Shown in pieces: positions 61,831 to 64,000 of a stretch of 64,000 nucleotides of DNA (positions are counted from its first letter, which is position 1; every line of letters starts with the position of its first letter). The notes under the pieces are model-generated. The model was not told the DNA's origin and made no database searches. It saw nothing but the letters and a program-made list of their open reading frames with translations. The stretch is from Trichodelitschia bisporula (lineage: Eukaryota), in contig ML996691.1 in NCBI GenBank assembly GCA_010356995.1, forward strand, positions 1,308,174 to 1,372,173, given 5' to 3'. A program made the position numbers and the translations under genes.

Positions 61831-64000
61831 GGCTACGGTTGATGGTGATGCTGCGGGGTGGTGGTGGTGGGGTCTGGAGAAGCAAAAGTTGTGGTATCAA
61901 CCCCACGTCCATGGCAGATCCAGACCGCTTTCGTGCCTGGGGCAGCAGTCGTCACAGTGCATCGCAACATTCCACAGCCTTATGGGTCACAGATGGACTG
62001 CAAGTGTTTCAGATGGGAGATATCCTCCTCATTCGCGGTCTCACGCATATTCGAACATCAAGCGCAGTGACCAGCGGCACACAGACAGCCGCATCTTTAA
62101 TCCCACCTCCTTACGGGTCAATCTTCTCCACATTCACAGCAAAGGATCTGCGAGAATCGACATCGAATTTCATCAAACTCTTCTCCCCCTTTTATTCATC
62201 GCGTCTACCATTTCCTGGGCGAAATTACCCGTTCTGGCCGACAATGCCTTCAAGTGGGTCGCGCGATAATTGCGGCAGCGGGGCCACCGTGACGGATCGC
62301 CGACGTTCCCCCGCTCTCGCGCCGACGCGCCCGTCGCCATGGCAGCAGAATCTGACGACGACCGGACCGCCGTCTTCGGCGACCCTCGCACGCAAACCCG
62401 TGCCGCCCAGTCGCCATCGGCAGCTCGCATTCTCGCTTGCGCGACTCGCCTCCCGCAAGGGTGTCCCGTGTCGGGAACTGCAGGCGCGATGCGAGGGCAG
62501 GAATGGCTGCATCCAGACTTCAGGCCCTCGGTATGCAGTGCCGCACGCGCCTCGCAAAACGCTCGCGGGGTACAAGAAGGACGGGAGAAGGGCGAGATGG
62601 CAATGTCAGATTGCGTTGCCCGTTTCCCCTTCCCGTATTGCGGGTGCTAAAATGGGCGCAAAAGAAAATGGATCCCCGGCACCGGGTCCCGGAGTCAGCA
62701 TCATCCCGTGTGGGCGGGCTGACAAAGGGGGAGCGGGAGAAGGAAAAGGGAGACGGGAAAGTCACGTGTGGTTTGTGCTGCATTACCGGTACAGCTGCCT
62801 GCACACCGGCATAAGGGAGCATGGATGATCCGGGCACATCCGAGCGGATGGGCGCGGACACTAGGATGGGATAAGCAGAAGTCGTGGGCAGCTTGTCCAT
62901 GGACATGTCGTGACACGACTGGCCAGCGCTTGCATGCAGCAGCGCGACGGACGGTGAAGCGAGGGTGTCGCTTATATCCCCAACGCTGATGTCATGGTCG
63001 GCACGAGGGACGATGCTCGAGAAGAAGTTTCTTGTCAAACGGATGGTGAGACCGGAGGGAAGGTGTTGATGAGAGAAGAAGACTTGGGCGTGCAAATCAG
63101 AGGCGTTTCGAGGCCGATTCATCGCCGTTGGGCCTCGTTTCGTGCATGCGGCGCCGGCGCAACTTTATCGCCTTGAGCCTATCAGAGACATGCAAGGGCT
63201 CACGGGATGCCTGGTGCAGATGCAGAAAAACGGGCTTGTGGGTTTTAATGTGGCTGGTTGGTAGTCGGGGTGGTGAAGGTGGTGATGAGGTACTTTTGAG
63301 AACTGTGGTTGATGGTAGAGGAATGGTTGAAGAGTGGAGGAGAAATCGAGGCGGGCCGTGATGAATGGATGCCTAGAGACCAAGTGATTTTTATTGCCGT
63401 AGTGATGTCAACAGCAAGGCGTCGCTTAATATTGTGAACCGCTCGGTTCGTGAAGCATCATCATTTGCTTGATCAGTCAGCGACAGCTTGCAGGCATCCT
63501 TGCAATAGGCCCATCGTGCCCGTACCGTCAAGTAACTGGCCCTTGGCTGTGCAGCTGTTGATGAGGCACAAGACGAGCAGATCTGCCCCGCGCCTCGCCG
63601 AGCGGGCTGTATGAATAAGACGATGCCGCCTTGCGGGCGTTGCCTTTAGCTTTTGCTCTCTTGCATGCATCGTGGTTCCCCTCATCCTCCTCATCCTGTC
63701 CGTCTGCTCGCGTGCATCTGGCCCCAAATCGAAGACCAAAGTATCGCCAAAGGGGAGCAGGCAATTTAAATTTGCTCCGCCGAGAGTCCGCCGGAGGACG
63801 CTTGGCCCCAGGCCGTCATCTCCCCTTGGCGAGTTCGCGCGGCGTTAAGGTCCAGTGGGTTTGGCTACCGCGCTTTGGCCTTCTTCTCCCTCCACCCCCC
63901 GGCCCCCTCTCGTCTAGTTCTAGTCTTTGAAGGAGAGAGAGAGAGGACCCAAGCGACAAGAGCCTCTTCCACTAAACGTCTCAAGACGATTCTTCTTCTT

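Noticed and set aside
61839..64000. Overlapping ORFs upstream of GPN3
   Set aside because: Arg/Pro/Ser-rich random-like translations with no domains or coherent splice model.
1..64000. Biosynthetic gene cluster, intact transposon, CRISPR array, tRNA or rRNA genes
   Set aside because: No PKS/NRPS, transposase, reverse transcriptase or integrase motifs, no repeat-spacer array and no complete cloverleaf or rRNA sequence seen. The neighbouring genes are functionally unrelated housekeeping genes.

Overview
Gene-dense eukaryotic DNA from a filamentous ascomycete (Pezizomycotina). This rests on 43-90 nt GT-AG introns with CTRAC/CTAAY branch sites, a Zn2Cys6 factor and a fungal-type U6. I reconstructed about 20 protein genes by hand. 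Recognisable ones are a DDX60-like DExH helicase, CHL1/DDX11, a Zn2Cys6 transcription factor, OST3/OST6, sphingolipid delta-8 desaturase, mitochondrial SHMT, CNS1, frequenin/NCS-1, a PGM2/PRM15-type phosphomutase, a small SET-domain protein, GPN3 and a GPI wall protein; the rest are hypothetical. The window also holds an intronless U6 snRNA gene and a 40-N gap. The accessory signal lies between genes: a decayed duplicated element (6.5-7.1 kb and 19.6-21.2 kb), two unrelated foldback hairpins with ~75-bp arms, a ~200-bp repeat in three copies, a GRF-type zinc-finger gene with an in-frame TGA at a CxxC cysteine, a tRNA-like hairpin cluster with a B box, and a C/D snoRNA candidate. Unusual splicing includes a 5-nt micro-exon inside the CHL1 Walker A motif, a GC-AG intron, a GAG acceptor and two ~0.5-kb first introns. 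I found no metabolite cluster, intact transposon or CRISPR array. Family names come from motif recognition only; no searches were run.
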